From an uncultured Ignavibacteria bacterium (GTDB lineage Bacteria; Zixibacteria; MSB-5A5; WJJR01), in the NCBI GenBank assembly GCA_964440935.1, contig CAYTTY010000002.1:67514-131513 (forward strand): DNA of 64,000 nt. The letters are read 5' to 3'. Below are positions 36,920-46,896 of this stretch, piece after piece. The position numbers and the translations under genes were made by a program. The notes under the pieces are model-generated. The model was not told the origin of the DNA. It did no database searches and saw nothing but the letters and a program-made list of their open reading frames with translations. How positions within the stretch are numbered: the stretch's first letter is position 1; each line of letters begins with the position of its first letter.

Positions 36920-39844
36920 ATGTCAAGAGCCTCACACATGGCACGGAGACTCGTTCCGTGCTTGCTGCTGATCGCCGTCTGGCTGATGCCGAATAATACT
37001 GCGGCACAGACGTCACTGCGTGTGGGAGTTTACGACAACAAGCCGAAAGTTTTTCTCGATCGTGATGGCAATCCGCAGGGAATTTTCATCGATATCCTGC
37101 GGACGGTTGCCGACGACGAGGGCTGGTCGCTTGAATTTGTTCCGTGCACCTGGGATACCTGTTTGCAGCGGTTGGAGTCCGGTCAAATTGAATTGATGCC
37201 GGATGTGGCCTACTCCAGAGAGCGGGCGCAGCGGTTTGATTTCAACGACATCACGATCCTTAACAACTGGGCACAGTTGTACGCAAATCCCAATTCCGAG
37301 ATCGCGTCGATTCTCGATTTGGAAGGGCGCCGCTTGGGGGTGCTCGCGGGTGACATCTCGTACAGCCAGTTTGCCAATCGTCTGCACGCGTTCGATGTGG
37401 AGTGCGAGTTTGTCGAAGTCGACCGCTTCCTGGCCATTTTTGATAGTCTTGATGCCGGCGCCATCGATGCCGGACTGGTGAGTCGGTTATTCGGATTGGA
37501 ATACGAACGACACTATGAGTCGGAACGTACTCCGGTCCTCTGCTGTCCGGTGGAACTGCGTTTTGCCGCGACCAAAGGCCAACTCAGAAGTGCCTTGACA
37601 CTGCTCGATGCGCACCTGCTGAACTTGAAATCCGATCAAGGTTCGGTTTACTATCAATCGTTCAATCGCTGGCTCGAAACCGACATCACCCCGGGGCGTA
37701 CTACACCCTACTGGATTTGGTGGCTGCTCGCGGGTGTTGGCGCACTGGTCGGCCTGCTGTTGATTCATCATGGTCTTCTGCACATGCGTTTGAAAAGCAC
37801 GACGGCGGAATTGCGGGAGAAGAATCAGCGTTTGGAGGCCGAAATCGAAGTGCGCTCACGCGCCGAAGAGGAACTGCGCTCACACAAAGCTCACCTCGAG
37901 CAGGCCGTGGCCATCCGCACACGTGAGTTAAGCGAGAGCGAAAAGCGATACCGCAGCATTCTCGAAAACGCCACCGTCGGCATCTTCCGCACCACCCGCG
38001 AGGGTAGTGTGATTATGGCCAATCCCGAAGTGGCGCGTTTGCTGGGATACGATTCGGCGGAGCAGGTCGTGCGGGAGGTCACCGATTTGGCCACTCAGGT
38101 CTATTACGATCGCGATGACCGGCAGCACGTCATAGCGAAAATGCAGGACCAAGGTCAAGCCGTGATGGATCTGCGGCTCAAGCGCCGCGACGGGGCGCCG
38201 ATCATGACGCGCATCAACATGTGGATGGTGACCGATGAGTCCGGTGGGTTGCGTTTCATCGAGGGGGTCCTGGAAGACATTACAGAACGCAAGCAGGCCG
38301 AGGAACGCATTCGTCTCTACCGCCAGATCTTCATGGGGTCATCCGACGGCATCACCATTACCTCGTGTGAAGGAGAATTGCTCGAATTTAACCCGACGAT
38401 GCAGAAGTTTCTCGGGTGTTCGGCAGCCGAACTGGAGGGGATGGAAGCCTCGGGGATGTGTGTGCCGGAGGACGGCGAACGCATTAATTCTGCGCTACGA
38501 GAGCGGGGCCGGTTTGAGGGTGAAGTCCGCATGCAACACCGCAACGGATCGGAGGCCTATGTTGATCTCTCCATCTTTCCCGTTTACCGCGATGAGGGGG
38601 AATTGGCGTGCTGGGTGGGCATCGGACGCGACGTCACCGAACGCCGCGAAACCGAACGGGCTCTGCGGCAAAGGGAAGAGCAATATCGCGGCATTTTCAA
38701 CAACGTGATCGAGGGGCTGTTGATCTTCAACACCGATGGTGTGGTGGTCGAAGCCAATCCCGCAGCGTGCGAGATGTTCGGATACACGCGTGAGGAGTTC
38801 ATTGGGAAATCGGGTCCCGACTTTGTCAGCGATGAGGCCCTGCCCCTGTTCAAAGACTTTCTGCAATCACTCGAAACACAGGATTACTACCGCTGTGAAA
38901 CGCCTGAGCGGCGTAGCGACGGTTCGCTGATGTATATCGAAGTCAACGGCACCAATTTCCAATTTCGTGGCGAACGGCATCTCTTGGCCGTCATTCACGA
39001 CATCACCGACCGCCACCAGGCCGAAATTGACATCCGGCAGGCCAACGAGGAATTGCGCACGAAGCAGTACCAACTCATTCAATCGGAGAAGATGGCGTCG
39101 CTGGGAATGCTGGTCGCCGGTGTCGCTCACGAAATCAACACACCGTTTGGTGCTGTGCGCAGCATGCACGGGACGGTCAAATTGGCGATGGACAAAATCC
39201 GTGCGGTCATGTCAGACGAGTCCGCGGTTAGCGACGACGTGCGAAAGAAACTCGAAAAGGCGCTGAACATCATCACCGAATCACACCAGGTGATTGATGA
39301 GGGTGTCGACCGGGTGTCGATGATCGTCCGGCGCCTCCGCAGTTTCGCGCGATTGGATGAAGCCGAACTCAAAGAGGCCGACATCCACGACTGCCTGGAA
39401 GATACGCTTACGTTGATCCACCACGAGATCAAACACAACATCACCGTCGAACGGCAGTATGGCGACGTTCCGAAAATCAACTGTTTCCCAAGCCAACTCA
39501 ATCAAGTCTTTCTGAACATCCTCATCAATGCCAAGCAGGCGATTGAAGGCAAGGGGAAGATTACGATCACCACAAGTAGCGATAATGGGTTTGTGCGCGT
39601 TAAGATAACCGACGATGGCCTGGGAATGTCGGAAGAGACGCTGCGCCGCATCTTCGATCCGGGATTTACCACCAAAGGAGTTGGCGTGGGCACCGGTCTG
39701 GGATTGTCGATCTGTTATCAGATTATTCAGGATCACCGTGGGTCGATTGATGTCTCCAGCGAACGGGGTAAGGGAACCGCCTTCACGATTTCCATCCCCA
39801 CCAATCTGGACGAGTCGATGTTTCCCCGGAATCATCCCTCCTAA
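36920..39844 (+). CDS. Sensor histidine kinase: periplasmic solute-binding (SBP_bac_3-like) domain, TM, coiled coil, four PAS domains, HisKA, HATPase_c
   Basis: Start chosen at MSRASHMARRLVPCLLLIAVWL (signal). The periplasmic domain includes RVGVYDNKPKVFLDRDGNPQGIFIDIL. The TM is YWIWWLLAGVGALVGLLLI, followed by a coiled coil. PAS blocks recur at about 38000-39000. The H-box is LVAGVAHEINTPFGAV, and N/G boxes are LNILINAKQAIEG...DDGLGMSEE...GVGTGLGLSICYQII. No receiver domain is present. Confidence 0.85.
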   Translation: MSRASHMARRLVPCLLLIAVWLMPNNTAAQTSLRVGVYDNKPKVFLDRDGNPQGIFIDILRTVADDEGWSLEFVPCTWDTCLQRLESGQIELMPDVAYSRERAQRFDFNDITILNNWAQLYANPNSEIASILDLEGRRLGVLAGDISYSQFANRLHAFDVECEFVEVDRFLAIFDSLDAGAIDAGLVSRLFGLEYERHYESERTPVLCCPVELRFAATKGQLRSALTLLDAHLLNLKSDQGSVYYQSFNRWLETDITPGRTTPYWIWWLLAGVGALVGLLLIHHGLLHMRLKSTTAELREKNQRLEAEIEVRSRAEEELRSHKAHLEQAVAIRTRELSESEKRYRSILENATVGIFRTTREGSVIMANPEVARLLGYDSAEQVVREVTDLATQVYYDRDDRQHVIAKMQDQGQAVMDLRLKRRDGAPIMTRINMWMVTDESGGLRFIEGVLEDITERKQAEERIRLYRQIFMGSSDGITITSCEGELLEFNPTMQKFLGCSAAELEGMEASGMCVPEDGERINSALRERGRFEGEVRMQHRNGSEAYVDLSIFPVYRDEGELACWVGIGRDVTERRETERALRQREEQYRGIFNNVIEGLLIFNTDGVVVEANPAACEMFGYTREEFIGKSGPDFVSDEALPLFKDFLQSLETQDYYRCETPERRSDGSLMYIEVNGTNFQFRGERHLLAVIHDITDRHQAEIDIRQANEELRTKQYQLIQSEKMASLGMLVAGVAHEINTPFGAVRSMHGTVKLAMDKIRAVMSDESAVSDDVRKKLEKALNIITESHQVIDEGVDRVSMIVRRLRSFARLDEAELKEADIHDCLEDTLTLIHHEIKHNITVERQYGDVPKINCFPSQLNQVFLNILINAKQAIEGKGKITITTSSDNGFVRVKITDDGLGMSEETLRRIFDPGFTTKGVGVGTGLGLSICYQIIQDHRGSIDVSSERGKGTAFTISIPTNLDESMFPRNHPS

Positions 39845-39907
39845 TGCGGAAATCTGTTCACACGCGTGCGAATACACACTACTGCTCACCACACGGAGTA
39901 TGCCAAC

Positions 39908-40780
39908 ATGCCAGCTCTCGCCTTCTCATTGATGTGTTTGATGCTGTTGCTGAATCCGACTCCGGTTGTTGCCCAGGACGAAGCGCCTGCACAGGGGGGA
40001 GCCAGCATGTCCAAATCACCGGTTCATTTCATTGCGCATCTGAAAGGCACGCGCGACACCTGGCCCCATGACATGACTAAAGAAGAAGGGGCGGTCATGG
40101 GTGATCACTTCCTCTATCTGCAGGATCGCATGTATGATCGCAAGGTTCTACTTGCAGGTCCGTCGCTGGGACTTGAAGCGGGCGTCGTGGTGTTACAAGT
40201 CGATGATGAAGCCGAAGCGCGGACGATCATGGACAACGATCCATCGGTGTTGGCCGGTCTTCACACCTACGAACTCTACGATTTCCGTGCGTCCCTCCTT
40301 TACGGCCGCGACCGTCTCGCGTCACAGGAAACCGACCGACAACTGCGCAGAACGGTTGTGGTTGACGCCCCGCGGGGAGCGGTTTGGGACGCCTGGACGC
40401 AGGAGGATATCTTAACAAGCTGGTTCGCACCGTATGCCAACATCGAACTCCGGGTGGGTGGCAAATACGAGATCCTCTTCGCTCCACCGGATGCGCCGCT
40501 CAACACACGCGGGGGAGAGGGCTGCCGTGTACTCAGTTTCCTCCCCCAGGAGATGCTTTCGTTCTCATGGAACGCACCGCCGTCACTTAAAGAGGCCCGC
40601 AAATACCGATCACGCATCGTCCTGCAATTCGAGGATGCCCCGGACGGAGGCACCCAAGTAACTCTCACTCATCTCGGCTTCGGTCCCGAACCAATGTGGG
40701 ATGAGGTCTACAACGACTTCGATAAGGCTTGGAGTTCGGTCCTCAACTCCCTGCAGAAGCATTTCGCCGGTAACGAATAG
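39908..40780 (+). CDS. Secreted two-domain protein: YciI-like domain plus SRPBCC (Aha1/BPI-like) domain
   Basis: Start chosen at MPALAFSLMCLMLLLNPTPVVAQ (signal). The YciI-like part is VMGDHFLYLQDRMYDRKVLLAGPS...VVLQVDDEAEARTIMDNDPSVLAGL. The SRPBCC-like part is RTVVVDAPRGAVWDAWTQEDILTSWFAP...GGKYEILFAP. Confidence 0.45.
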   Translation: MPALAFSLMCLMLLLNPTPVVAQDEAPAQGGASMSKSPVHFIAHLKGTRDTWPHDMTKEEGAVMGDHFLYLQDRMYDRKVLLAGPSLGLEAGVVVLQVDDEAEARTIMDNDPSVLAGLHTYELYDFRASLLYGRDRLASQETDRQLRRTVVVDAPRGAVWDAWTQEDILTSWFAPYANIELRVGGKYEILFAPPDAPLNTRGGEGCRVLSFLPQEMLSFSWNAPPSLKEARKYRSRIVLQFEDAPDGGTQVTLTHLGFGPEPMWDEVYNDFDKAWSSVLNSLQKHFAGNE

Positions 40781-40885
40781 ATGCATATGTAGCTCAGGAG
40801 CACAGTGCGTCCGGAACCGCAACGATATTCCAGATCGGTTGTGCGCCGGGCTCCCGAGAGGTGGCATTTGTATGTGGACCGAGTC

Positions 40886-40951
40886 GTCAGGTGCCCCGCG
40901 CGGTGATGCGATGAGCAAACAAAGCGGCTGTCGCCGCGCGGGGCACCTGAC
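40886..40951. other. Long perfect hairpin (18-bp stem, 31-nt loop)
   Basis: The arms gtcaggtgccccgcgcgg and ccgcgcggggcacctgac are perfect reverse complements. It sits immediately upstream of repeat copy C. Confidence 0.6.
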
Positions 40952-40973
40952 CTACGGCTTGGTACTCACCTTC

Positions 40974-41262
40974 GTGTGCCACGGGCCTTGAGGAGCCTGT
41001 TGAAAGAGTGCAAGAACTGATCATATCACGCACTGAGAAAGCGATCATCCGTAGGGGCGTACTGAGTACGCCCTGGCCCCGTAGCAGTTACGCGCAGAGG
41101 GCGTATTCAATACGCCCCTACGAAAGCACGTCTCCTGCATTGACACACGTTTTTCAACACACCCCTTGAGGCCCGTGGACGGGGGATTGTGCAGACGCGG
41201 ACGCACGGGCCTGATGGCTCGATCCGCCACGGCGGACTCACCACAAGTGGCCCGTGTCACCC
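40974..41262. repeat. Intergenic modular repeat element, copy C (inverted relative to copy A)
   Basis: It starts with gtgtgccacgggccttgaggagcctgttgaaagag. It contains the hairpins ggggcgtac-tga-gtacgcccc and gggcgtatt-c-aatacgccc. The module atacgcccctacgaaagcacgtctcctgcattgacacacgtttttcaacacacccc is shared with copy E. Positions 41164-41257 are about 95% identical to the reverse complement of 6683-6783. Confidence 0.6.
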
Positions 41263-41459
41263 CAATTGTTACGGAAGGTACTTCTGACAATCAGGCGACC
41301 CCACCATTACGCCTCCGTTAATCTCCACCGGTTTTCGAGAAATCACCGTCACAAGCTTCATTTCTCTCTTGAATTCCCGATCTTGATGTTGTCCCCTTGC
41401 GGAGACGGTAAGTGCGACACGAGCACGATGGCGATTCACAGAAACGTTGGGAGTTGACC

Positions 41460-41819
41460 ATGCCATTCTGCCCGAGCTGCCATACGGAGTATATCGAGGG
41501 CGTCACCACCTGCAGCGATTGCGAAGTTGAACTGGTCGATGAAGTACCCTCGGCGGGCGACGACGAAGATCGCGTCGTAAAGGACGATACCGTGTTTGTC
41601 GCCCTCCGGGCGTACCCGACACTGATGCATGCCGAGATGGTTGCCGAGATTCTGGAGGATTCCGGCATCCCGACAATGATCCGGTCGAATGAGATGTTTG
41701 GTGGCGGAACCGGCATGGGCATGATGTCGATGCCGCGGGTGGAGGTATTGGTCCCCGACGAGTATGAGCAGGAGGCCGCCGAAATCGCCGATAGTACCAT
41801 CGATGCCATCGAAGACTGA
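41460..41819 (+). CDS. Zinc-ribbon plus DUF2007-like small protein
   Basis: MPFCPSCHTEYIEGVTTCSDCEVEL is a CxxC...CxxC ribbon. A DUF2007-like fold pattern follows (VFVALRAYPTLMHAEMVAEILEDSGIPTMI). Confidence 0.45.
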   Translation: MPFCPSCHTEYIEGVTTCSDCEVELVDEVPSAGDDEDRVVKDDTVFVALRAYPTLMHAEMVAEILEDSGIPTMIRSNEMFGGGTGMGMMSMPRVEVLVPDEYEQEAAEIADSTIDAIED

Positions 41820-41935
41820 GCCGTACGTATCGCCCGCCACGCGGTTCCGGTGATCCAACCTTGTCCGTACGCTCTCCATTTGACATTGACTACCCCCTGT
41901 TGCCCGGCGATTTTGCGGCGTCAACAACGGGGGAG

Positions 41936-43024
41936 ATGCGTCTGTACAACAACACATCCGATAACGCACAGCAGAAGGTCCGCAAGCCCTGGTACAGGCA
42001 CAAGCGCCTGTATGGCGCTCTCGCTGCTATCGGATTTCTGATCTATTCCTTCTGGGGGACCGATCCCAAAGCGATCATTGATGCCTTTGCACACATGAAG
42101 CCGATCTACCTGGCGCCCGTTTTGGTCGGCGTGTTGGGCATGCCGATTACCCGGGCCTTACGGTTGAAGTACATTCTCGACGTGCAGCACCAGATCGTGT
42201 TCAAGCGGATGTTCATGATCTACAACGTCGGGCAACTCCTGAACCAGATGTTCCCCGCGCTGACCGGCCAGATTGGACGTGTGGTCCTTTTCTCCCGCAC
42301 TCTCGGGATCACGAAGACAGAATCATTTACCATGGTCATGCTCGAGGTGCTCTTCGACGGCATCACGCTGATCATGCTGATTTTCGGGTTGTCCTTCCTG
42401 ATTGTGCTCCCCGAATGGATGGTTCGTGGCGAGCTGGTAATTCTGCTGGCGTGTGCCCTCTTGTTTGGTTTTCTGTTCTGGTACCTTCATCGCGGGCCTC
42501 GCGACCCCAACCCCAATTCCTGGCTGCGGCGGAAGTTGCCGGTGCGCGTGGTCCGCGAGTGGGAAAACATGCGCCACTCGTTTCACGACGGGCTGCACAT
42601 GCTCAAGAGCGGGCGACATCTGGCGGCCGTCGTCTTGATGTCGGTCCTCTCGTGGATTTTTCATGCCCTGTTGGTGCTCTTTCTGCTCTGGTCGTTCGGG
42701 TTCGATTTCGCCTTCTGGGTGGCGATCGTGGTGATGATCGTCAACACATTGGCGATCATGATTCCGCTGACACCAGGCAATATCGGAACCTTCCAATTTG
42801 CTTGTATCGTCGGGCTGGGTTTCTTTGGTGTGGAGAAGGATAAGGCGCTCGGTTTCTCGCTCCTTCTCCATGCCGTCGAAGTGGCCCCTGTGTTCGTACT
42901 GGGTCTGTTCTCGTCGTTCTCCTCCCATGTCGATGTCAGTGAATTCCGGACACCGGAGACCCTGGCTGAACAGGACCGTCTGGCGCGTGACATGCTGGAA
43001 CGGCCGCGTGTCCCCGATGATTAG
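41936..43024 (+). CDS. Flippase-like / lysylphosphatidylglycerol-synthase TM-region family (UPF0104) membrane protein
   Basis: About 8 TM helices. The N-terminal region KPWYRHKRLYGALAAIGFLIYSFWGTDPKAIIDAFAHMKP is typical of UPF0104. The start is uncertain (the ORF track starts at a TTG at 41861). Confidence 0.55.
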   Translation: MRLYNNTSDNAQQKVRKPWYRHKRLYGALAAIGFLIYSFWGTDPKAIIDAFAHMKPIYLAPVLVGVLGMPITRALRLKYILDVQHQIVFKRMFMIYNVGQLLNQMFPALTGQIGRVVLFSRTLGITKTESFTMVMLEVLFDGITLIMLIFGLSFLIVLPEWMVRGELVILLACALLFGFLFWYLHRGPRDPNPNSWLRRKLPVRVVREWENMRHSFHDGLHMLKSGRHLAAVVLMSVLSWIFHALLVLFLLWSFGFDFAFWVAIVVMIVNTLAIMIPLTPGNIGTFQFACIVGLGFFGVEKDKALGFSLLLHAVEVAPVFVLGLFSSFSSHVDVSEFRTPETLAEQDRLARDMLERPRVPDD

Positions 43025-43172
43025 AAATCTGTCAATACCTATCCGGCGTTGTCCTGTTTTGACTCCAATCTCATTGCTTGCCTTCGTTTAATGGTGCAAT
43101 TTATTAGTCCGATAACCCCGGAGGAGAGACTCTGGGTCACGTCAACGCTCCATTATTGGGAAGGGGGCTGCC

Positions 43173-43487
43173 ATGAACTTCCTCGTCTACGACCGCCGCA
43201 AAGGAACCGATGAAGAGATCGACGATCTCGGGTCGATTATCGATGGGATCACCGAATGGCTCGGTTACCTCAAGGAAATGCAGAAAACCGGCAAGGTGGT
43301 CTGTCATTGGGCCTTCCACAATCATCATGGCAGCATTACGGTATTTGATGTTGCGTCGGGAGAAGAGCTGAAGGAAATCCTGAAGAAGAACCCGATGGAT
43401 GAGAAGTGGATCAACCGGGAGATCTACCAGGTCGAATCGCTCGAAAAGGAAATGGACGCCATTTTCCGGTATATGTCCGGCGTGTAA
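43173..43487 (+). CDS. Muconolactone-isomerase-like small alpha+beta protein
   Basis: 104 aa. The SD GGGAAGGGGG precedes the ATG. The motif HWAFHNHHGSITVFDVASGEELKEILKKNPMDEK resembles the MLI family core (...VFDVES.EALH..L). Confidence 0.4.
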   Translation: MNFLVYDRRKGTDEEIDDLGSIIDGITEWLGYLKEMQKTGKVVCHWAFHNHHGSITVFDVASGEELKEILKKNPMDEKWINREIYQVESLEKEMDAIFRYMSGV

Positions 43488-43542
43488 GTCCAGCCATCTG
43501 CGATGACCGGCCTCGGTGCGCTCCCCTGATGAATAGGTGAGC

Positions 43543-44481
43543 ATGGATCCTGCACGCCAGTACGATGGGCGGGTCATCAAGAGTTTCGGCAAGCGCTTTA
43601 TCGTCCAGACTTCGGACGGTACCTTCGATTGCGAATTGCGCGGCCGTTTCCGCCTGAGAACGGAAGATACAGTTAATCCGGTTGCCGTGGGCGACCGGGT
43701 GGCGATTACCGTCGAGACACCCCCGTACGGTGTCATTGAAAAGATCCACGAGCGTCGCAATAAGCTCTCCCGCCCCGAGGTGATCAAACCGTTCCGGGAA
43801 CAAGTCCTCGTCGCCAATTGCGATCAGTTGATCGTCGTGGCATCGGTTACAAAACCCAAGCTGAAGATGGGCGCGATCGACCGTTTCCTGCTGGGAGCGG
43901 AAAACAACAGCATGCAGGGCATCGTCGTCGTCAACAAGGTCGACTTGGGACACGAAAAGCAGGTAGCGCGAGCGCGCGAGGCGTATACGATGGCGGGCTA
44001 TCCGTTTGTCGCGACATCAGCAGAGACCGGCGACGGAATCGACGAACTGCGTGAGCTGGTCAAACTCAAGATGTCGATGATTTGCGGCCACTCGGGTGTC
44101 GGCAAGTCCTCGCTCGTCAATGCATTGCAACCCGGTCTCCAGGTGGAAACTGGTGAAATCTCAGAATCGACCGGGAAGGGGACGCACACAACGACGACGA
44201 TTGAGCTGCACCCCCTCGACTTTGGCGGTTATATCGTCGACATGCCCGGATTGCGCGTAATCGGCATCTGGGATATGACGCAGGAGGATCTCCCGGAGTT
44301 GTATCCGGAGTTCCGTTCGCGTGCCGATGGGTGCAAGTTTCGCAACTGCATGCACATCGGTGAGCCCGGTTGTGCGGTCCGTGCAGCGGTGGACGCAGGC
44401 GAGATCAACCGTGACCGGTACGACGGCTATCTGCGCATCCGAGACACATTGGAGCTGCGATCGACACACCCAAAGGGATGA
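43543..44481 (+). CDS. rsgA: Ribosome small-subunit-dependent GTPase A
   Basis: Circularly permuted GTPase: NKVDL (G4) lies before GHSGVGKSSLVNAL (G1) and DMPG (G3). The C-terminal zinc finger is CKFRNCMHIGEPGCAV. An OB-fold N-terminus is present. Confidence 0.9.
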   Translation: MDPARQYDGRVIKSFGKRFIVQTSDGTFDCELRGRFRLRTEDTVNPVAVGDRVAITVETPPYGVIEKIHERRNKLSRPEVIKPFREQVLVANCDQLIVVASVTKPKLKMGAIDRFLLGAENNSMQGIVVVNKVDLGHEKQVARAREAYTMAGYPFVATSAETGDGIDELRELVKLKMSMICGHSGVGKSSLVNALQPGLQVETGEISESTGKGTHTTTTIELHPLDFGGYIVDMPGLRVIGIWDMTQEDLPELYPEFRSRADGCKFRNCMHIGEPGCAVRAAVDAGEINRDRYDGYLRIRDTLELRSTHPKG

Positions 44482-44620
44482 GGGTCCCGTGGTATAATTG
44501 TGGCCCTGATAGCGTTTTTTGCCATCAGGGCTCGCATGGCTCACGATGATCTTGACACACGATTGCCATGACCGAAGATTCTCGTGATACCTCTTGGGAA
44601 CCCTTAGACGTTATACTGCG

Positions 44621-45103
44621 ATGACACCGACGCGCTACCAACTCCGCCGTGAATTGCACATCCCCTTGCCCCGGGATGAGGTGTTTGCGTTCTTTTCTGA
44701 TGCGGCCAACCTCGAACGGATCACCCCGGATTTCCTGAGGTTCAAAATCCTCACACCATCGCCGATTGAGATGAAACCGGGCACCCTCATCGACTATGAA
44801 CTGCGCTTGTTCATGATTCCCTTCCGGTGGCGGACGAGGATCACCGAGTATGCGCCGAATGAGCATTTCGCCGACATACAGGTCAAAGGTCCATATACGG
44901 TGTGGGATCACCGCCACGAGTTCCGCGATGCCCTCGACGGCGGTACGATCATGATCGACACTGTTGACTACGATTTACCCTTCGGCCCACTCGGCAGTAT
45001 CGCTCATGCACTCATGGTGAAGCGCTCCGTCCGCAAGATTTTCGACCACCGTAACGCCACGATTCTCGATATTCTCCTGGACAAAGGAGACGCGGTTGGC
45101 TGA
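44621..45103 (+). CDS. SRPBCC (polyketide-cyclase/START-like) ligand-binding domain protein
   Basis: About 160 aa with the pattern YQLRRELHIPLPRDEVFAFFSDAANLERITPDFL...GPYTVWDHRHEF. The ORF track starts at TTG 44594. Confidence 0.55.
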   Translation: MTPTRYQLRRELHIPLPRDEVFAFFSDAANLERITPDFLRFKILTPSPIEMKPGTLIDYELRLFMIPFRWRTRITEYAPNEHFADIQVKGPYTVWDHRHEFRDALDGGTIMIDTVDYDLPFGPLGSIAHALMVKRSVRKIFDHRNATILDILLDKGDAVG

Positions 45104-46547
45104 CGACGCACCGAAAGTGTTAGTCACCGGCGCGACTGGCTATGTCGGTGGACGGCTCGCGTCACGATTGCTGCGAGAGGGCGCCGGAATACGGTGCCTC
45201 GTTCGCGATCCTGATCGTGTCGACAACTCCCGGTGGCCCGGCGCCGAAATCGTTGCGGGCGATGTGCTGAAACGTGACTCGCTCTATGACGGGCTGTCAG
45301 GAATCGAGACGGCGTACTACTTGGTGCATTCGATGGCGGCGGGCGAACACGGATTTGCCGAGCGCGACACCATTGCCGCACGCAATTTCGGTGACGTGGC
45401 ACGTGAATGCGGCGTCCGAAATATCATCTACCTCGGCGGTCTCGGACAAACGGACTCCGATCTCTCTCAGCATCTCGCCAGCCGTCACCACACCGGCGAG
45501 GTCTTGCGTGAAAGCGGTGTTCCCGTCACTGAGTTGCGCGCCGCCGTAGTCGTCGGCAGCGGCAGCATTTCATTCGAGACAATCCGTTATTTGACCGAAC
45601 GTCTGCCGATCATGATCGCCCCGCGTTGGGTCCATACCCGCTGTCAACCGATCGCCATCCGTGATGTGCTGTCCTATCTTGTGGCGGCGTCACAGAACGA
45701 TGACGCCCGCGGCCGCATCATCGAAATCGGTGGCACCGATGTGTTGACCTATGGCGAAATGCTGCTCGGCTATGCGCGCGTGCGCGGTCTGCGGCGGCAT
45801 ATCATCAACGTCCCGGTACTCACACCGCGACTATCATCGTTGTGGGTCGATCTGGTCACACCAATCCCGGCCTCCTTTGCACGGCCCTTGATTGAAGGGT
45901 TGCGTAATGAAGTGATTGTCCACGATCCGGCCGCACGATCGCTGTTCCCTGACATCGAACCACTCGGTTATGACGATGCCGTACGCAATGCACTCAAACG
46001 TGTGGGAGATAATGCGGTCGAAACAGTCTGGTCGGGATCGATGTCGTCGGCGTTTGATCGCGCACCGAAGCCCGTTGTCGTCGAGTCTACCGAGGGTCTT
46101 ATCTTTGAACGCCGTGAGCGCGAAACGCCCGTCGCCGCCAAAGATGTGTTCACCGTCATCTCGCGTCTGGGTGGTCGCCACGGTTGGCTATATGCCAATG
46201 CGCTCTGGCGATTGCGGGCCTTTCTCGATCGCCTGGTCGGTGGCGTCGGGATGCGTCGCGGACGGCGTCATCCGATCGAACTTCAGCGCGGCGATGCGGT
46301 CGATTTCTGGCGCGTCGAAGATGTCACACCACCGCATCACTTACGGCTCGGCGCCGAAATGAAGCTGCCGGGACGGGCCTGGTTGGACTTCCGCGTTGAT
46401 GATCTGCCGGAGACCGGATCCCGCCTGACTGTCACGGCAATCTTCGAGCCGAGGGGACTGTTCGGCTTTCTATACTGGTACAGCCTGTACCCGATTCACC
46501 GGCTGATCTTCTCGGGGTTGATTCGGAAGGTCGTCGAGCGGGTGTAG
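45096..46547 (+). CDS. NAD(P)-binding Rossmann (NmrA/SDR-like) protein with C-terminal DUF2867-like domain
   Basis: TTG start with AAGGAG 6 nt upstream, overlapping the upstream stop. The nucleotide-binding motif is VLVTGATGYVGGRLASRLL. The C-terminal ~170 aa is a separate domain. Confidence 0.65.
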   Translation: MADDAPKVLVTGATGYVGGRLASRLLREGAGIRCLVRDPDRVDNSRWPGAEIVAGDVLKRDSLYDGLSGIETAYYLVHSMAAGEHGFAERDTIAARNFGDVARECGVRNIIYLGGLGQTDSDLSQHLASRHHTGEVLRESGVPVTELRAAVVVGSGSISFETIRYLTERLPIMIAPRWVHTRCQPIAIRDVLSYLVAASQNDDARGRIIEIGGTDVLTYGEMLLGYARVRGLRRHIINVPVLTPRLSSLWVDLVTPIPASFARPLIEGLRNEVIVHDPAARSLFPDIEPLGYDDAVRNALKRVGDNAVETVWSGSMSSAFDRAPKPVVVESTEGLIFERRERETPVAAKDVFTVISRLGGRHGWLYANALWRLRAFLDRLVGGVGMRRGRRHPIELQRGDAVDFWRVEDVTPPHHLRLGAEMKLPGRAWLDFRVDDLPETGSRLTVTAIFEPRGLFGFLYWYSLYPIHRLIFSGLIRKVVERV

Positions 46548-46695
46548 CCATGTTTTCGATCCAATTGTCACGCTACGACTTATCTGGGTGGTTTCCCCGA
46601 CAGAGGAAGCGGGCTGCAACTGTCCGAATTTGCCATTCTGCACCCTAAAAACCTTGACGGTGCTTGTGATCGTCGCGTACATACTTACGACATAT

Positions 46696-46815
46696 CGCCT
46701 TCGGGGTGAGGTGCAATTCCTCAACCGGCGGTCACAGCCCGCGACCTGTTTCTGACACGAGACAGTTGAGCCGGTGGAATTCCGGCGCCGACGGTACAGT
46801 CCGGATGGGAGAAGG
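46696..46815 (+). ncRNA. FMN riboswitch (RFN element) aptamer
   Basis: ccuUCGGGGUGAGGUGCAAUUCCUCAACCGGCGGUCACAGCCCGCGACC...GAGCCGGUGGAAUUCCGGCGCCGACGGUACAGUCCGGAUGGGAGAAGG matches the conserved FMN aptamer blocks (GGGGCAGGGTGAAATTCCC-ACCGGCGGT--AGCCCGCGAGC...GGTGAAATTCCGG-GCCGACAGTATAGTCTGGATGGGAGAAGG). It lies directly upstream of ribD. Confidence 0.85.
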
Positions 46816-46896
46816 TGTGCGGAAGTCGCGCTGTCCTGAGCGCTGGCACTGATACGTGTGCTGTGCGTTGCGGAATGCGTGCATTGGTCGCAAAGA

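Noticed and set aside
40701-40991. 96-aa ORF, and an internal 40-aa peptide starting MWTESSG, spanning the 18-bp perfect hairpin
   Set aside because: It overlaps the 3' end of the upstream gene and the hairpin, and has no SD or motif. The structure is more plausibly DNA- or RNA-level.
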